From assembly GCF_000283555.1 (NCBI RefSeq), contig NC_016012.1, positions 720,001 through 752,000 of the forward strand: a DNA stretch of 32,000 bases, in the 5' to 3' direction. Below the pieces are notes generated by a model. The model was given only the letters and a program-made list of their open reading frames with translations. It ran no database searches and was not told the origin of the DNA. Shown piece by piece: positions 1 through 9,695 of the stretch. Positions within the stretch are counted from its first letter, which is position 1. Every line of letters starts with the position of its first letter. The stretch is from Candidatus Arthromitus sp. SFB-rat-Yit. GTDB lineage: Bacteria > Bacillota > Clostridia > Clostridiales > Clostridiaceae. The translations under genes were made by a program, and so were the position numbers.

Positions 1-2
1 CA

Positions 3-1667
3 TCCATAGTTAAGTTTTTATCTAAATCATTATCCCTTGAAGAACCTCAAGAAGTTTCAAGCATCGTTAAAGAAGAATCAGATGAAGAATCTTTAAGAGA
101 AATTTGTGAAGAACCTCTTTATGAAGAAGATAAAGATATTCCAATTTATGAAGAAGATAAAGATATTCCAAAAAATAATGACAATAATAATGAACAAATT
201 ATATCTAACGATTTTAAAGAAAATAAAACTAACAATGAATACACTAGAATTAGTTATGACGATATTAATAATGCTTTAGAAGATATAGACACAGATGATT
301 CCTATGAAGTTTCTGAAGAACTTAAAAGAAAAAAGGAATTGCTTCAAAAAACATTGGATGATTTCAAGGTGAAGGCTGAAATTAAAAATGTACAAAAAGG
401 ACCAGCAGTAACTAGATATGAAATAGAGCCACATAAAGGTGTGAAAGTAAGCAAGATATTAAATTTATCAGATGATATAGCACTAGCACTTGCTACTAGT
501 GGAATAAGAATTGAAGCTCCAATCCCTGGGAAATCACTTGTTGGAATCGAGGTTCCAAATGATGTGGTTTCTATGATAAAATTTAAGGAGATTATAAATT
601 CTGAAGAATTTAATTCTTCTAAACTTAAAATTGGTATTGGACTTGGTAAAGACATAAGTGGCAAAAGTATTGTTGCAGATCTTGCTACTATGCCACACTT
701 GTTAATTGCTGGAGCTACTGGTTCGGGTAAATCAGTTTGCATAAATACAATTTTAATAAGTATATTGTGCGAATATCTTCCAGATCAAGTTAAAATTATA
801 CTTATTGACCCTAAGGTTGTTGAACTTAATGTTTATAATGGAATTCCTCATCTTTTGATACCAGTTGTGACAGATCCTAAAAAAGCATCTCATGCGTTAA
901 ATTGGGCAATAACTGAGATGACAAGCAGATATAATAAATTTGCTGAAAAAGGAGTTAGGAATATAGATAGTTACAATGAGTTGTATAACACAGGAGAAAT
1001 TGATGAGAAAATACCGTACATAGTTATTGTAATTGATGAGCTTGCTGACCTTATGATGGTTTGTCATAATGAGGTTGAAGATGCTATAGCAAGACTTGCA
1101 CAAATGGCTCGTGCTGCAGGAATGCATTTAGTAATAGCGACACAAAGACCTTCTGTTGACGTTATAACTGGAGTTATTAAAGCGAATATACCATCTAGAA
1201 TATCTTTTTCCGTTTCTAGTTCTGTAGATTCACGCACGATTTTGGATCAATCTGGAGCTGAAAAGTTATTGGGTCGTGGAGATATGTTATTTTATCCTAT
1301 GGGATACTTGAAACCTCAACGTGTACAAGGTGCATTTATTTCGGAATCTGAGGTTGAAAAATTTGTAGATAGTATAAAGAAAAATTACAAATCAAAAGTT
1401 GAATATAATGAAGAAATTATTGAACATATAAATAATGCTACTTCAAAAGTTGAGGTTGGAAATTTTAAAGGGGATGAGTTATTAGAAGAAGCTATAAAAA
1501 TAGTTGTACAATCTAATATTACAACTACTTCATTTCTTCAAAGGAGACTTAAGATTGGATATAATAGAGCGGCAAATTTAATAGAAGAAATTGAAGCTAG
1601 AGGCATTATTGGAATAGGTCCGTCTGGTAAAAAAGAGGTTTTAGTAAAAGAGGAAGATTTATTTTAA
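3..1667 (+). CDS. ftsK: DNA translocase FtsK/SpoIIIE (5' end lies outside the window)
   Basis: Frame 3 is open from nt 3, so the TTG at 339 in the ORF track is internal. Walker A GATGSGKS, Walker [24 protein letters not shown] motif, and a C-terminal gamma winged-helix ([23 protein letters not shown]). An acidic low-complexity linker lies upstream. Confidence 0.95.
   Translation, partial: SIVKFLSKSLSLEEPQEVSSIVKEESDEESLREICEEPLYEEDKDIPIYEEDKDIPKNNDNNNEQIISNDFKENKTNNEYTRISYDDINNALEDIDTDDSYEVSEELKRKKELLQKTLDDFKVKAEIKNVQKGPAVTRYEIEPHKGVKVSKILNLSDDIALALATSGIRIEAPIPGKSLVGIEVPNDVVSMIKFKEIINSEEFNSSKLKIGIGLGKDISGKSIVADLATMPHLLIAGATGSGKSVCINTILISILCEYLPDQVKIILIDPKVVELNVYNGIPHLLIPVVTDPKKASHALNWAITEMTSRYNKFAEKGVRNIDSYNELYNTGEIDEKIPYIVIVIDELADLMMVCHNEVEDAIARLAQMARAAGMHLVIATQRPSVDVITGVIKANIPSRISFSVSSSVDSRTILDQSGAEKLLGRGDMLFYPMGYLKPQRVQGAFISESEVEKFVDSIKKNYKSKVEYNEEIIEHINNATSKVEVGNFKGDELLEEAIKIVVQSNITTTSFLQRRLKIGYNRAANLIEEIEARGIIGIGPSGKKEVLVKEEDLF
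117..170 (+). repeat. 27-bp in-frame tandem duplication in the FtsK linker (LYEEDKDIP / IYEEDKDIP)
   Basis: ctttatgaagaagataaagatattcca (117-143) is followed by atttatgaagaagataaagatattcca (144-170), 26/27 identical. Confidence 0.85.
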
Positions 1668-1677
1668 ATTATTTTTT

Positions 1678-3012
1678 GTGAGTGAGGAAACAAAAGTGAA
1701 AAAATTAAAATTAGGTGTTATAAGTCTTGGATGCGATAAAAATACGATCGACACAGAAATGTTTTTAGGAAGTTTGGTTGATAAATTTGAAATTACATTA
1801 AATGAGGAAGATGCAGATATTTTAATAATAAATACTTGTTCGTTTATTGAATCTGCAAAACAGGAATCTATTGATACCATACTTGATATTAGCAAGTATA
1901 AATCTAAAAATTTGAAGGTTCTTGTGGTTACTGGATGTTTATCAAAAAGATATGGAAAAGAACTTTTTGAAGATATTCCAGAGATAGATATACTCCTCGG
2001 AGTTATGAATTATGATAATATACTTAAGTACATAGAAGATTTTATTAAAACGGGCAATAGAATCATTGATAATGAAAATAAAGAAAATACAATATTTGAA
2101 GCAAATAGAATTTTAACAACTCCTAAGCATTATGCATATTTGAAAATTTCTGAAGGATGCAATAATAATTGTACTTTTTGTATAATTCCTAAAATTAGAG
2201 GGCGTCATGTGAGTAGAAGTATTGAAAGTTTGGTAAATGAAGGTAAACTTCTTGCGACTCAGGGAATTAAAGAACTTATATTGATAGCTCAAGATATAAC
2301 AAAATATGGTCTTGATTTATACGGGGAAAAAAGACTTATACAACTTATTCGTGAATTGTCTAAGATAGATGGGATCAAATGGATAAGACTCCACTATGCT
2401 TATCCAGAAGATATAGATGATAATTTAATAGAGGAATTAAAAATAAATTCTAAACTTTGCAAATATATTGACATTCCACTACAACATGTTAGCGATAAAA
2501 TTCTAAAAAAAATGGCGAGGCATACGAGAAAAGATAAAATTTATAAACTTATAGAAAAATTGAGAGAAGTTCCTGATCTTGTTATAAGAACTTCTTTAAT
2601 AGTAGGCTTTCCAGGAGAAACACAAGAAGACTTTGAAATGCTTGAAGAGTTTATAAAACAAAAGAACATAGACAATATTGGCGTATTTACATATTCGCAA
2701 GAGGAAGATACTGTTGCAGCAACATTTGATGATCAAATTGATGAAGATATTAAAATTAAAAGACGTGATACAATTATGAGAATTCAGCAAAAAAATTCAA
2801 AAGAACTGCTTGAGAAAAAAATAGGAAAGAAATTTGAGGCTGTTGTTGATTCTAAAAATGATGATTATTACATTGGGCGACTAAATTTTCAAAGTCCTGG
2901 AATTGATGGTATAATTTACATAAAATCTAGTCATAATCTAAATATAGGAGAATTTGTTAATGTTAAAATCGTGTCTTGTATGGAGTATGACTTTATAGGA
3001 GAGGTTATTTAA
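1678..3012 (+). CDS. rimO: Ribosomal protein S12 methylthiotransferase RimO (radical SAM MTTase)
   Basis: N-terminal UPF0004 motif ISLGCDKN, radical-SAM CNNNCTFC cluster and a C-terminal TRAM domain. The real start is probably GTG 1696 (MKKLKLGVISLGC), preceded by GAGGAA at 1684-1689. Confidence 0.9.
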   Translation: MSEETKVKKLKLGVISLGCDKNTIDTEMFLGSLVDKFEITLNEEDADILIINTCSFIESAKQESIDTILDISKYKSKNLKVLVVTGCLSKRYGKELFEDIPEIDILLGVMNYDNILKYIEDFIKTGNRIIDNENKENTIFEANRILTTPKHYAYLKISEGCNNNCTFCIIPKIRGRHVSRSIESLVNEGKLLATQGIKELILIAQDITKYGLDLYGEKRLIQLIRELSKIDGIKWIRLHYAYPEDIDDNLIEELKINSKLCKYIDIPLQHVSDKILKKMARHTRKDKIYKLIEKLREVPDLVIRTSLIVGFPGETQEDFEMLEEFIKQKNIDNIGVFTYSQEEDTVAATFDDQIDEDIKIKRRDTIMRIQQKNSKELLEKKIGKKFEAVVDSKNDDYYIGRLNFQSPGIDGIIYIKSSHNLNIGEFVNVKIVSCMEYDFIGEVI

Positions 3013-3581
3013 TGAATTTACCTAACAAATTAACTGTATTAAGGGTGTTAATGATACCTGTCTTTTTAATATTATTGAATTTAAATTCTAAGATAGGTGT
3101 TTTAGGAGCATTAATTATTTTTATATTGGCATCTATTACTGATCAATTAGATGGTTATATTGCAAGAAAATATAATTTAATTACTGATTTTGGGAAGTTT
3201 ATGGATCCTTTAGCAGATAAATTATTAGTAGTAGCAGCTTTCATTTCATTTGTGGATTTGAAGATGGTGGAACCTATATTAGTTATAGTTATAATTTCAA
3301 GAGAATTTATAATTACGGGGATAAGACTTGTATTATCGACTAAAAGTGGGGAAGTTGTGGCAGCTAATATTTATGGAAAACTAAAAACTGTTTTTCAAAT
3401 TTTGGCAATAATATTTCTTTTGATAGAACTATATCTTATTAATTTTGTTAGTGGTTCATCTTTTATAAATATAGTACAGGTAATTGCAGATGCAACATTT
3501 TATTTGTGTGTAATTTTAACTGTTTTATCTGGATGGGATTATATTAGAAAAAATATTAAAGTATTAAAGGAGAGTCTGTAA
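3012..3581 (+). CDS. pgsA: CDP-diacylglycerol--glycerol-3-phosphate 3-phosphatidyltransferase
   Basis: CDP-alcohol phosphatidyltransferase motif DQLDGYIARKYNLITDFGKFMDPLADKL. Multi-TM protein of 189 aa. TAATG overlap with the rimO stop. Confidence 0.9.
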   Translation: MNLPNKLTVLRVLMIPVFLILLNLNSKIGVLGALIIFILASITDQLDGYIARKYNLITDFGKFMDPLADKLLVVAAFISFVDLKMVEPILVIVIISREFIITGIRLVLSTKSGEVVAANIYGKLKTVFQILAIIFLLIELYLINFVSGSSFINIVQVIADATFYLCVILTVLSGWDYIRKNIKVLKESL

Positions 3582-3584
3582 ATA

Positions 3585-4655
3585 ATGTCTATTGATTTAG
3601 ATAAAATGAAAGCCATTGAAATTGCTATGAGTCAAATTGAAAAACAGTATGGAAAAGGATCGATAATGAAGCTTGGTGAGCAAAGTGCTTTAAATATTGA
3701 AAGTGTATCTACTGGTTGTTTAGATTTAGATATTGCACTAGGTATAGGTGGATTGCCTAAAGGAAGAATTATTGAAGTTTATGGACCTGAGTCATCTGGT
3801 AAAACTACAGTTGCTTTGCATGTTATTGCAGAAGCTCAGAAAAAAGGTGGAGCTGCAGCATTTATTGATGCTGAGCATGCTTTAGATCCATCGTATGCAA
3901 AAAATTTAGGGGTAGATACTGAAAACTTAATAATTTCTCAGCCAGATAATGGTGAGCAAGCACTTGAAATTGCAGAGGCATTAGTAAGATCGGGAGCTAT
4001 TGATGTTATTGTAATTGATTCTGTTGCAGCACTTGTTCCTAGAGCTGAGATAGAGGGAGAGATGGGGGATTCGCATGTTGGACTTCAAGCTAGACTTATG
4101 TCACAAGCTCTAAGAAAACTTGCGGGACATATAAATAAATCTAAATGCGTGGCGATATTTATAAATCAATTAAGGGAAAAAGTTGGGGTTATGTTTGGTA
4201 ATCCTGAAACCACTCCTGGAGGAAGAGCATTAAAATTTTATGCATCTGTCAGACTAGATGTTAGGAGAATTGATTCAATAAAACAAGGTGATGAAATTGT
4301 AGGTAACAGAACAAGAGTTAAAATAATGAAAAATAAGGTTGCTCCGCCTTTTAGAATTTCGGAATTTGATATTATATATAATAAAGGCATATCTAAAGAA
4401 GGAAGCTTATTAGATCTTGCTGTTAAAGAAAATATAATTCAAAAAAGTGGATCATGGTTCTCTTATAAAAATGAAAAATTGGGACAAGGAAGAGAAAATG
4501 CTAAACAGTTTTTATTGGAAAACAAAGCTATATTGCGAGAAATAGAAACGTTAATTTTAGAAAAATACAATATAGCAAAATCTGATAACTCGGATGAAAT
4601 AAAAGATATTGATAAGAAAGAAACAAGTGTAAATAGTGACAATGCAACGGTTTAA
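3585..4655 (+). CDS. recA: Recombinase RecA
   Basis: Unmistakable RecA sequence ([44 protein letters not shown]). RBS AAGGAGAG lies upstream. Confidence 0.98.
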   Translation: MSIDLDKMKAIEIAMSQIEKQYGKGSIMKLGEQSALNIESVSTGCLDLDIALGIGGLPKGRIIEVYGPESSGKTTVALHVIAEAQKKGGAAAFIDAEHALDPSYAKNLGVDTENLIISQPDNGEQALEIAEALVRSGAIDVIVIDSVAALVPRAEIEGEMGDSHVGLQARLMSQALRKLAGHINKSKCVAIFINQLREKVGVMFGNPETTPGGRALKFYASVRLDVRRIDSIKQGDEIVGNRTRVKIMKNKVAPPFRISEFDIIYNKGISKEGSLLDLAVKENIIQKSGSWFSYKNEKLGQGRENAKQFLLENKAILREIETLILEKYNIAKSDNSDEIKDIDKKETSVNSDNATV

Positions 4656-4693
4656 AAAATGTTATTATTTGTGTTAATAGCTTTTAGTTATAA

Positions 4694-4722
4694 TTGACAT
4701 TAAATAAAAATTAATATAAAAT
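4694..4722 (+). promoter_or_regulatory. Candidate sigma-A promoter for rny (TTGACA - 17 nt - TAAAAT)
   Basis: TTGACA at 4694-4699 and TAAAAT at 4717-4722, about 110 nt upstream of the rny ATG. Confidence 0.35.
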
Positions 4723-4834
4723 TATCTATGATACTGGTTACTAAAAGTTTTAAATGTTTTCAGTAAGAATAAAATATGGCACCAACACGCTTTTGATAAA
4801 TAAATTTTTAAGAGCAAGGGGGTGTTATAGAACT

Positions 4835-6406
4835 ATGTATATAGAAATTTTTAATATAGTTTTTTCTGCTGTAAATATATTTTTAATTATATTTATGGCG
4901 GTTATGATAATCTCAATGAAAAAACGTTTAAAAGAACGTTATGATGCTTCTATACTTAAGATTAAGAAGGAAGAAGAAGAAAGAAAGAATTTGTTTGAAA
5001 ATACTAAGAAAGAAGCTGAGGCATTAAAGAAAGAGTTATTAATTGAAGCTAAGGAAGATGCACATAAGTTAAGAATGGAAGTTGAAAAAGAGTCTAGAGA
5101 AAGAAGAAGTGAAATACAGAGATTAGAGAGAAGAGTCTTACAAAGAGAAGAATCTCTGGACAAAAAGAGTGATGTTCTAGAAAAGAAAGAAAAGGAATTG
5201 AACGTACGTGCATCTGAGGTTGATAAACTTGAAAAGGGTATAAAAGAAATTGATATAAAGAAAAGACAGGAATTAGAAATAATTTCTAATATGAGCTCAG
5301 AAGAAGCTAAAACTTTTTTACTTAATGAAGTTAAGAAAGAAATAACTTATGAATCAGCGATCTTAATAAAAGAGTTTGAAACAAAAGTGAAGGAAGAAAG
5401 TGAAAATAAGGCTAAAGAAATAATAACAGGAGCGATTCAAAGATATGCAGCAGATCATGTTTCTGAATCTACTGTTCATGTGGTTGCACTGCCTAACGAT
5501 GAAATGAAAGGTAGGATCATAGGAAGAGAAGGTAGGAATATAAGAACCTTGGAGATGTTAACTGGTGTTGATTTGATTATAGATGATACTCCGGAGGCTG
5601 TGGTTTTATCAAGTTTTGACCCTGTTAGAAGAGAAATTGCAAAAATAGCTTTAGAAAGATTAGTGTTAGATGGAAGGATTCATCCTACCAAAATTGAAGA
5701 AATGGTTGAAAGAGCAAAAAGAGATATAGAAAATGAGATCAAAGAAACAGGCGAGCAAGCATTATTTGAGACAGGTATTAACGGAGTACATACGGAGATA
5801 GTTAAGCTGTTAGGTAAATTGAAATTTAGAACTAGTTATGGGCAGAATGTACTTAAACATTCTATAGAGGTTGCGTATTTAGCAGGTACTATGGCTTCGG
5901 AACTTGGTTTGGATGCTGGAGTTGCAAAAAGAGCTGGATTACTTCATGATATAGGCAAAGCCTTAGATCATGAGATAGAAGGTCCTCATGCTTTGATTGG
6001 ATACGAGTTTGCTAAACGTTATAATGAGTGTGATGCTGTTGCTGAAGCGATTGGAGCTCATCATGAAGATATACCTATGACTAGATTAGAATCTATTTTG
6101 GTGCAAGCTTCTGATGCTATATCAGCAGCACGTCCTGGAGCAAGGAGAGAAACCTTGCATGCGTATATAAAAAGGTTGAATCAATTGGAATCTATAGCTA
6201 ATTCATATGAAGGCGTGGAGAAGTCTTATGTTATTCAAGCTGGAAGAGAAATAAGGATAATAGTTAAACCAGATATTATCGATGATTTAAATGCTAATTG
6301 TATGGCTAGGGATATAGTTAAAAGAATAGAAAGAGAATTAGAGTTTCCTGGACAAATTAAGATAAATGTTATAAGGGAAACAAGAGCAATTGAATTTGCA
6401 AAGTAA
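4835..6406 (+). CDS. rny: Ribonuclease Y (N-terminal TM anchor, coiled coil, KH and HD domains)
   Basis: KH motif [15 protein letters not shown] and HD domain [12 protein letters not shown]. The start is moved to ATG 4835 ([12 protein letters not shown] helix), which follows AAGGGGG at 4816-4822. The track start at 4754 adds a non-homologous 27-aa extension. Confidence 0.93.
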   Translation: MYIEIFNIVFSAVNIFLIIFMAVMIISMKKRLKERYDASILKIKKEEEERKNLFENTKKEAEALKKELLIEAKEDAHKLRMEVEKESRERRSEIQRLERRVLQREESLDKKSDVLEKKEKELNVRASEVDKLEKGIKEIDIKKRQELEIISNMSSEEAKTFLLNEVKKEITYESAILIKEFETKVKEESENKAKEIITGAIQRYAADHVSESTVHVVALPNDEMKGRIIGREGRNIRTLEMLTGVDLIIDDTPEAVVLSSFDPVRREIAKIALERLVLDGRIHPTKIEEMVERAKRDIENEIKETGEQALFETGINGVHTEIVKLLGKLKFRTSYGQNVLKHSIEVAYLAGTMASELGLDAGVAKRAGLLHDIGKALDHEIEGPHALIGYEFAKRYNECDAVAEAIGAHHEDIPMTRLESILVQASDAISAARPGARRETLHAYIKRLNQLESIANSYEGVEKSYVIQAGREIRIIVKPDIIDDLNANCMARDIVKRIERELEFPGQIKINVIRETRAIEFAK

Positions 6407-6543
6407 AAGTGATTTTGGTGTACAAATTGAATTAAATTTGATAATGTTCTATTCTCTGGTTAGAATAGTTTATTATATATTTTATTTTAATGAATTTTTA
6501 TATGTGATGTAGTTTTTTTAGATTAATTATAGGGGGCCTAAAT

Positions 6544-6804
6544 ATGGAAGTGTTAAAAGTTTCTACAAAATCAAATCCAAATTCAGTAGCAGGTGCATTA
6601 GCGGCAATTTTAAAAGAAAAGTCTTTAGTAGAAATTCAAGCAATCGGAGCTGGGGCTATAAATCAAGCTATTAAATCTGTAGCTATTGCCAGAGGTTTTG
6701 TTGCTCCTAGTGGTAAGGATATAGTTTGTATACCTGCTTTTACGGATATACAAATTGATGGAGAAGAGAGGACGGCTATTAAATTAATAGTTCAACCTAG
6801 ATAA
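6544..6804 (+). CDS. spoVS: Stage V sporulation protein S (SpoVS family)
   Basis: 86 aa, MEVLKVSTKSNPNSVAGALA...AINQAIKSVAIARGF, typical of SpoVS. RBS AGGGGG. Confidence 0.9.
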   Translation: MEVLKVSTKSNPNSVAGALAAILKEKSLVEIQAIGAGAINQAIKSVAIARGFVAPSGKDIVCIPAFTDIQIDGEERTAIKLIVQPR

Positions 6805-6896
6805 TTTAAATTGATAATAGCTTTTTCTCGAGAATTATGAGATGATTTTTGTTTTGTATAAGATAAATTTTATAAATATATAAAGGAGAGTTTAAA

Positions 6897-7157
6897 ATGG
6901 AATCAATTAAAGTTAAAATTTCAAATAATACTGGTTTACATGCTAGACCCGCAACATTATTGGTTAAGAAAGCATCTTCGTTTGCATGTGATGTGAGTGT
7001 TGAAGCTAATGGTAAAAAAGTTAACGCTAAAAGTCTTATTGGAATTTTATCTTTAGGAGCTACTAAAGATACAGAAGTGACTATTATAACTTCAGGTAAA
7101 GATGAAGTTGAAGCTGCTAAAGAGTTAGCTAAGCTAATTGAAACATTAGAAGATTAA
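6897..7157 (+). CDS. ptsH: Phosphocarrier protein HPr
   Basis: 86 aa with His15 in GLHARPA and Ser46 in NAKSLIG, both at canonical positions. RBS AAGGAGAG. Confidence 0.9.
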   Translation: MESIKVKISNNTGLHARPATLLVKKASSFACDVSVEANGKKVNAKSLIGILSLGATKDTEVTIITSGKDEVEAAKELAKLIETLED

Positions 7158-7182
7158 TTTGAGTTTTATATTTAATATAAAT

Positions 7183-7214
7183 AGAAAGTAAGAAGGGAAT
7201 ACTTCTTACTTTCT
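7183..7214 (+). terminator. Rho-independent terminator after ptsH
   Basis: Perfect 13-bp stem AGAAAGTAAGAAG / CTTCTTACTTTCT with loop GGAATA, followed by a T-rich run. Confidence 0.7.
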
Positions 7215-7222
7215 TATTGTTA

Positions 7223-7351
7223 GGAGTATGGGAACATAATATAGCTTCAATAAAATTTTATGAAAATCTAGGATTTGAAAAATTTGATGTACATATTTTT
7301 AAATTAGGTAATGACAAACAAATAGACTATTTAATGAAATTAATTTTATAA
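7223..7351 (+). pseudogene. C-terminal remnant of a GNAT-family N-acetyltransferase
   Basis: Frame ending at TAA 7349-7351 reads GVWEHNIASIKFYENLGFEKFDVHIFKLGNDKQIDYLMKLIL*. N..A..FYE.LGF is the classic GNAT beta5-alpha4 motif. There is no start codon or N-terminal two thirds, because the upstream frame runs into the ptsH terminator. Confidence 0.6.
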
Positions 7352-7352
7352 G

Positions 7353-7388
7353 ATCAACTTCGCAAAATATAAATTTTGCGAAGTTGAT
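7353..7388. repeat. 36-bp perfect palindrome (16-bp arms, 4-nt centre); either the terminator of the GNAT relic or a recombinase/operator site
   Basis: ATCAACTTCGCAAAAT-ATAA-ATTTTGCGAAGTTGAT. No T-tract follows on either strand. It lies 54 bp upstream of the tyrosine recombinase start. Confidence 0.6.
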
Positions 7389-7441
7389 AATAAGTTAAGT
7401 TGAATTAATATATTCTCGTTTTAAAAAGGGTGATTAATTAA

Positions 7442-8386
7442 ATGGAAAATAAAGAGTGCTCTATTATAATATCTGATTTTTTGGATTATTTGTCTGGTAT
7501 TAAAGGGGCATCCGAAAAAACGATAAAAGAGTATCGTATAGATCTGATTGGTTTTTTTAATTTTATTATAAAAAAAAGAATGAATTTAAAAATTCGACAT
7601 CAGGAAATGGATTTAGAGACCCTTAAAAAAGTTTCAATAAGTGATATGTATGCTTATGTAAGATATATCGATAAAGAGCGTTTAAACGCTCATAATGCAC
7701 GTGCCCGAAAAATTTCTTCGTTAAGAACATTTTATACTTATCTTACAGACAAAATTAAGGTTATTGATAAAAATATTGCTTCTGAATTAGAAACTCCAAA
7801 AATTCCTAAGCGTAATCCTATTTATCTTGATCTTGAAGAATCGAAAAAAGTTTTATCTACCTTAGAACCTGATAAAAAGTTTTATACTCGTGATTATTGT
7901 ATTATTTCTATGTTTTTGAATTGTGCTTTAAGATTGTCAGAACTCGTTTCTATTAATATCGAAGATATAGATTGGGTAAATAATTCTTTATCTATTATAG
8001 GTAAGGGTAATAAAGAAAGAATAATTTATTTAAATGAAATGGTTTTGAATTCTATAAAGAATTATTTGAAAGATCGTAATAAATATCGAATTAAAGAAAG
8101 TTTTAAAAATGCATTATTTATAAGCTCTGTTGGTCAAAGGATTAGCAATAGAGCTGTAGAAGAAATGGTTAAGAAACATGTGAAAAATTCTAGCATTGAT
8201 AAGAAGATTACTCCTCATAAGTTAAGGCATACTTCGGCTACTCTAATGTTTAAGTATGGAAAGGTTGATATACGAACGCTTCAAAAAGTTTTAGGTCATG
8301 AAAATATTTCCACAACGCAAATATATACGCACGTTGATGATGAAGGAATCAAAAATGCTTTTAACTCTAATCCCCTTAATTTATGA
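7442..8386 (+). CDS. Tyrosine recombinase, XerC/XerD family
   Basis: Full catalytic set is visible: ALRLSEL (Arg), GKGNKER (Lys), HKLRHT (His-x-x-Arg), LGHENI (His), IYTHV (Tyr). An N-terminal SAM-like core-binding domain is present. Confidence 0.85.
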   Translation: MENKECSIIISDFLDYLSGIKGASEKTIKEYRIDLIGFFNFIIKKRMNLKIRHQEMDLETLKKVSISDMYAYVRYIDKERLNAHNARARKISSLRTFYTYLTDKIKVIDKNIASELETPKIPKRNPIYLDLEESKKVLSTLEPDKKFYTRDYCIISMFLNCALRLSELVSINIEDIDWVNNSLSIIGKGNKERIIYLNEMVLNSIKNYLKDRNKYRIKESFKNALFISSVGQRISNRAVEEMVKKHVKNSSIDKKITPHKLRHTSATLMFKYGKVDIRTLQKVLGHENISTTQIYTHVDDEGIKNAFNSNPLNL

Positions 8387-8397
8387 TTAAATAGTAC

Positions 8398-8430
8398 AAA
8401 AACTAACCCTTTTATCTTTGGGTTAGTTTT
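8398..8430. terminator. Bidirectional terminator shared by the recombinase gene and the ynbB-like gene
   Basis: AAAACTAACCC-ttttatcttt-GGGTTAGTTTT with T/A runs on both sides. The loop and right arm overlap the stop codon and last codons of the minus-strand gene. Confidence 0.55.
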
Positions 8431-9683
8431 TTAATACTATTTAGAATAGCTAATTGTCCATGCTCAAAAGTTAATGATCCTTGCAAGTAAGCTACATATG
8501 GTTCTCTTATTGGAGCATCACATGATAATTCGATTGATGCTCCAGATACGAATGTTCCTGCTGCCATTATTACTTGATCATTGTATCCTGGCATATCCCA
8601 AGGTTCGCATTCTAAGAAAGAATCCACTGGTGAATTTTTTTGTATCTCTTTACAAAAGTTGATTAGTTCATCTGATGTATTGAATTTGATTGCTTGAATT
8701 ATGTCACTACGTTTTACATCATATTTTGGATATACATCATAACCTAGATTTTCAAAAATTCTTGAACTAAAGATGGCTGTTTTCATTGCTTCTACCACAA
8801 TATGCGGAGCAATAAACAATCCTTGAAATACTTGTCTTAAATCTGTAAGACTCGCTCCACATTCTGCCCCTATACCAGGAACTGTTAATCTATACGCAGC
8901 ATTTTTGATTAAATCAGTATCCCCTACTATGTATCCTCCAGTTGGAGATAATCCCCCTCCAATATTTTTAATTAAAGAGCCAGCCATTAAGTTTACGCCA
9001 ACATCTGTAGGTTCTATTATATCAGTAAATTCACCGTAGCAATTATCAACAAAAATACATAAATTTTTATCTACGCTTTTTATAATTTTTACTATATCTT
9101 TTATGTCATTAGATAAAAGGGATTTTCTGAGAGAATATCCTCTAGATCTTTGAATGTAAATCATTTTTATGTTTTTATTATTATTGAGAATTTTTACAAT
9201 GTTCTCTGTATCAAAATTACCATCATCTTTTAAATTACATTCAAGATAAGATACTCCAAGATTTCTTAGACTACCCTTTTGTTCGTTTTCATAATTTAAA
9301 CCAATTATATTTCTTATTGTGTCATATGGTTGACCGGTTATTGAGAATAAAATATCTCCTTTTGATAAATTTCCTAAAAGAGCACAACCAATCGCATGAG
9401 TCCCATTAACAAATTGAAGTCTGACTAAGGCACTTTGTGTTCCGAAAATATCTTTGTATAAATTTTCAATGCCTTCTCTACCTAAATCTGTATAGGCATA
9501 ACCACTTGTTGTTTTAAAATGTGAATCAGATATCTTATTGTCCTTAAATGCTTTTAAAACTTTATATTTATTCTGTAATTTTACTTGATTTAATCCTTCA
9601 AATATATGTTTTACGTCATTTAGGCTTTCAGTGTATAAATTTTCAATATAATCTCCGAATAAATTTTTAATAAAACTGCTCAT
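8412..9683 (-). CDS. PLP-dependent methionine gamma-lyase-family protein (aluminium resistance protein / YnbB-like)
   Basis: 423 aa. GYAYTDLGREGIENLYKDIFGTQSALVRLQFVNGTHAI and GQPYDTI match my recollection of the YnbB family. Probable PLP lysine in SLIKNIGGG. Confidence 0.8.
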   Translation of the reverse strand: MSSFIKNLFGDYIENLYTESLNDVKHIFEGLNQVKLQNKYKVLKAFKDNKISDSHFKTTSGYAYTDLGREGIENLYKDIFGTQSALVRLQFVNGTHAIGCALLGNLSKGDILFSITGQPYDTIRNIIGLNYENEQKGSLRNLGVSYLECNLKDDGNFDTENIVKILNNNKNIKMIYIQRSRGYSLRKSLLSNDIKDIVKIIKSVDKNLCIFVDNCYGEFTDIIEPTDVGVNLMAGSLIKNIGGGLSPTGGYIVGDTDLIKNAAYRLTVPGIGAECGASLTDLRQVFQGLFIAPHIVVEAMKTAIFSSRIFENLGYDVYPKYDVKRSDIIQAIKFNTSDELINFCKEIQKNSPVDSFLECEPWDMPGYNDQVIMAAGTFVSGASIELSCDAPIREPYVAYLQGSLTFEHGQLAILNSIKKLTQR

Positions 9684-9695
9684 AAATTTTTAGTG

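Noticed and set aside
344-742. Antisense ORFs inside well-supported genes: 344-742, 897-1127, 1659-1895, 2596-2790, 4939-5163, 8474-8662, 10782-10973, 11328-11531, 11709-12260, 13351-13584, 14312-14506, 15334-15537, 17967-18170, 20772-21048, 24336-24590, 25546-25836, 29195-29452, 29777-30181, 30305-30490, 31269-31664
   Set aside because: Each lies opposite (in one case, 14312-14506, in an alternative frame of the same strand as) a gene with unmistakable homology. Their translations are low-complexity (Ser/Leu/Phe/Ile-rich) and lack an RBS. Such ORFs are typical by-products of AT-rich coding sequence.
4754-4834. N-terminal extensions offered by the ORF track: rny 4754, mutL 12484, miaB 16475, ABC permease 21801, PHP phosphatase 26710, GntR 20624
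   Set aside because: Internal starts with a better RBS coincide with the conserved protein N-termini. The extensions would overlap upstream genes or promoters.
9684-9695. Absence of hfq after miaA (the miaA-hfq pairing is common in Firmicutes)
   Set aside because: The miaA stop and the next gene are only 12 nt apart, so there is no room for a missed gene. hfq may simply be elsewhere or absent in this lineage, which cannot be judged from one window.
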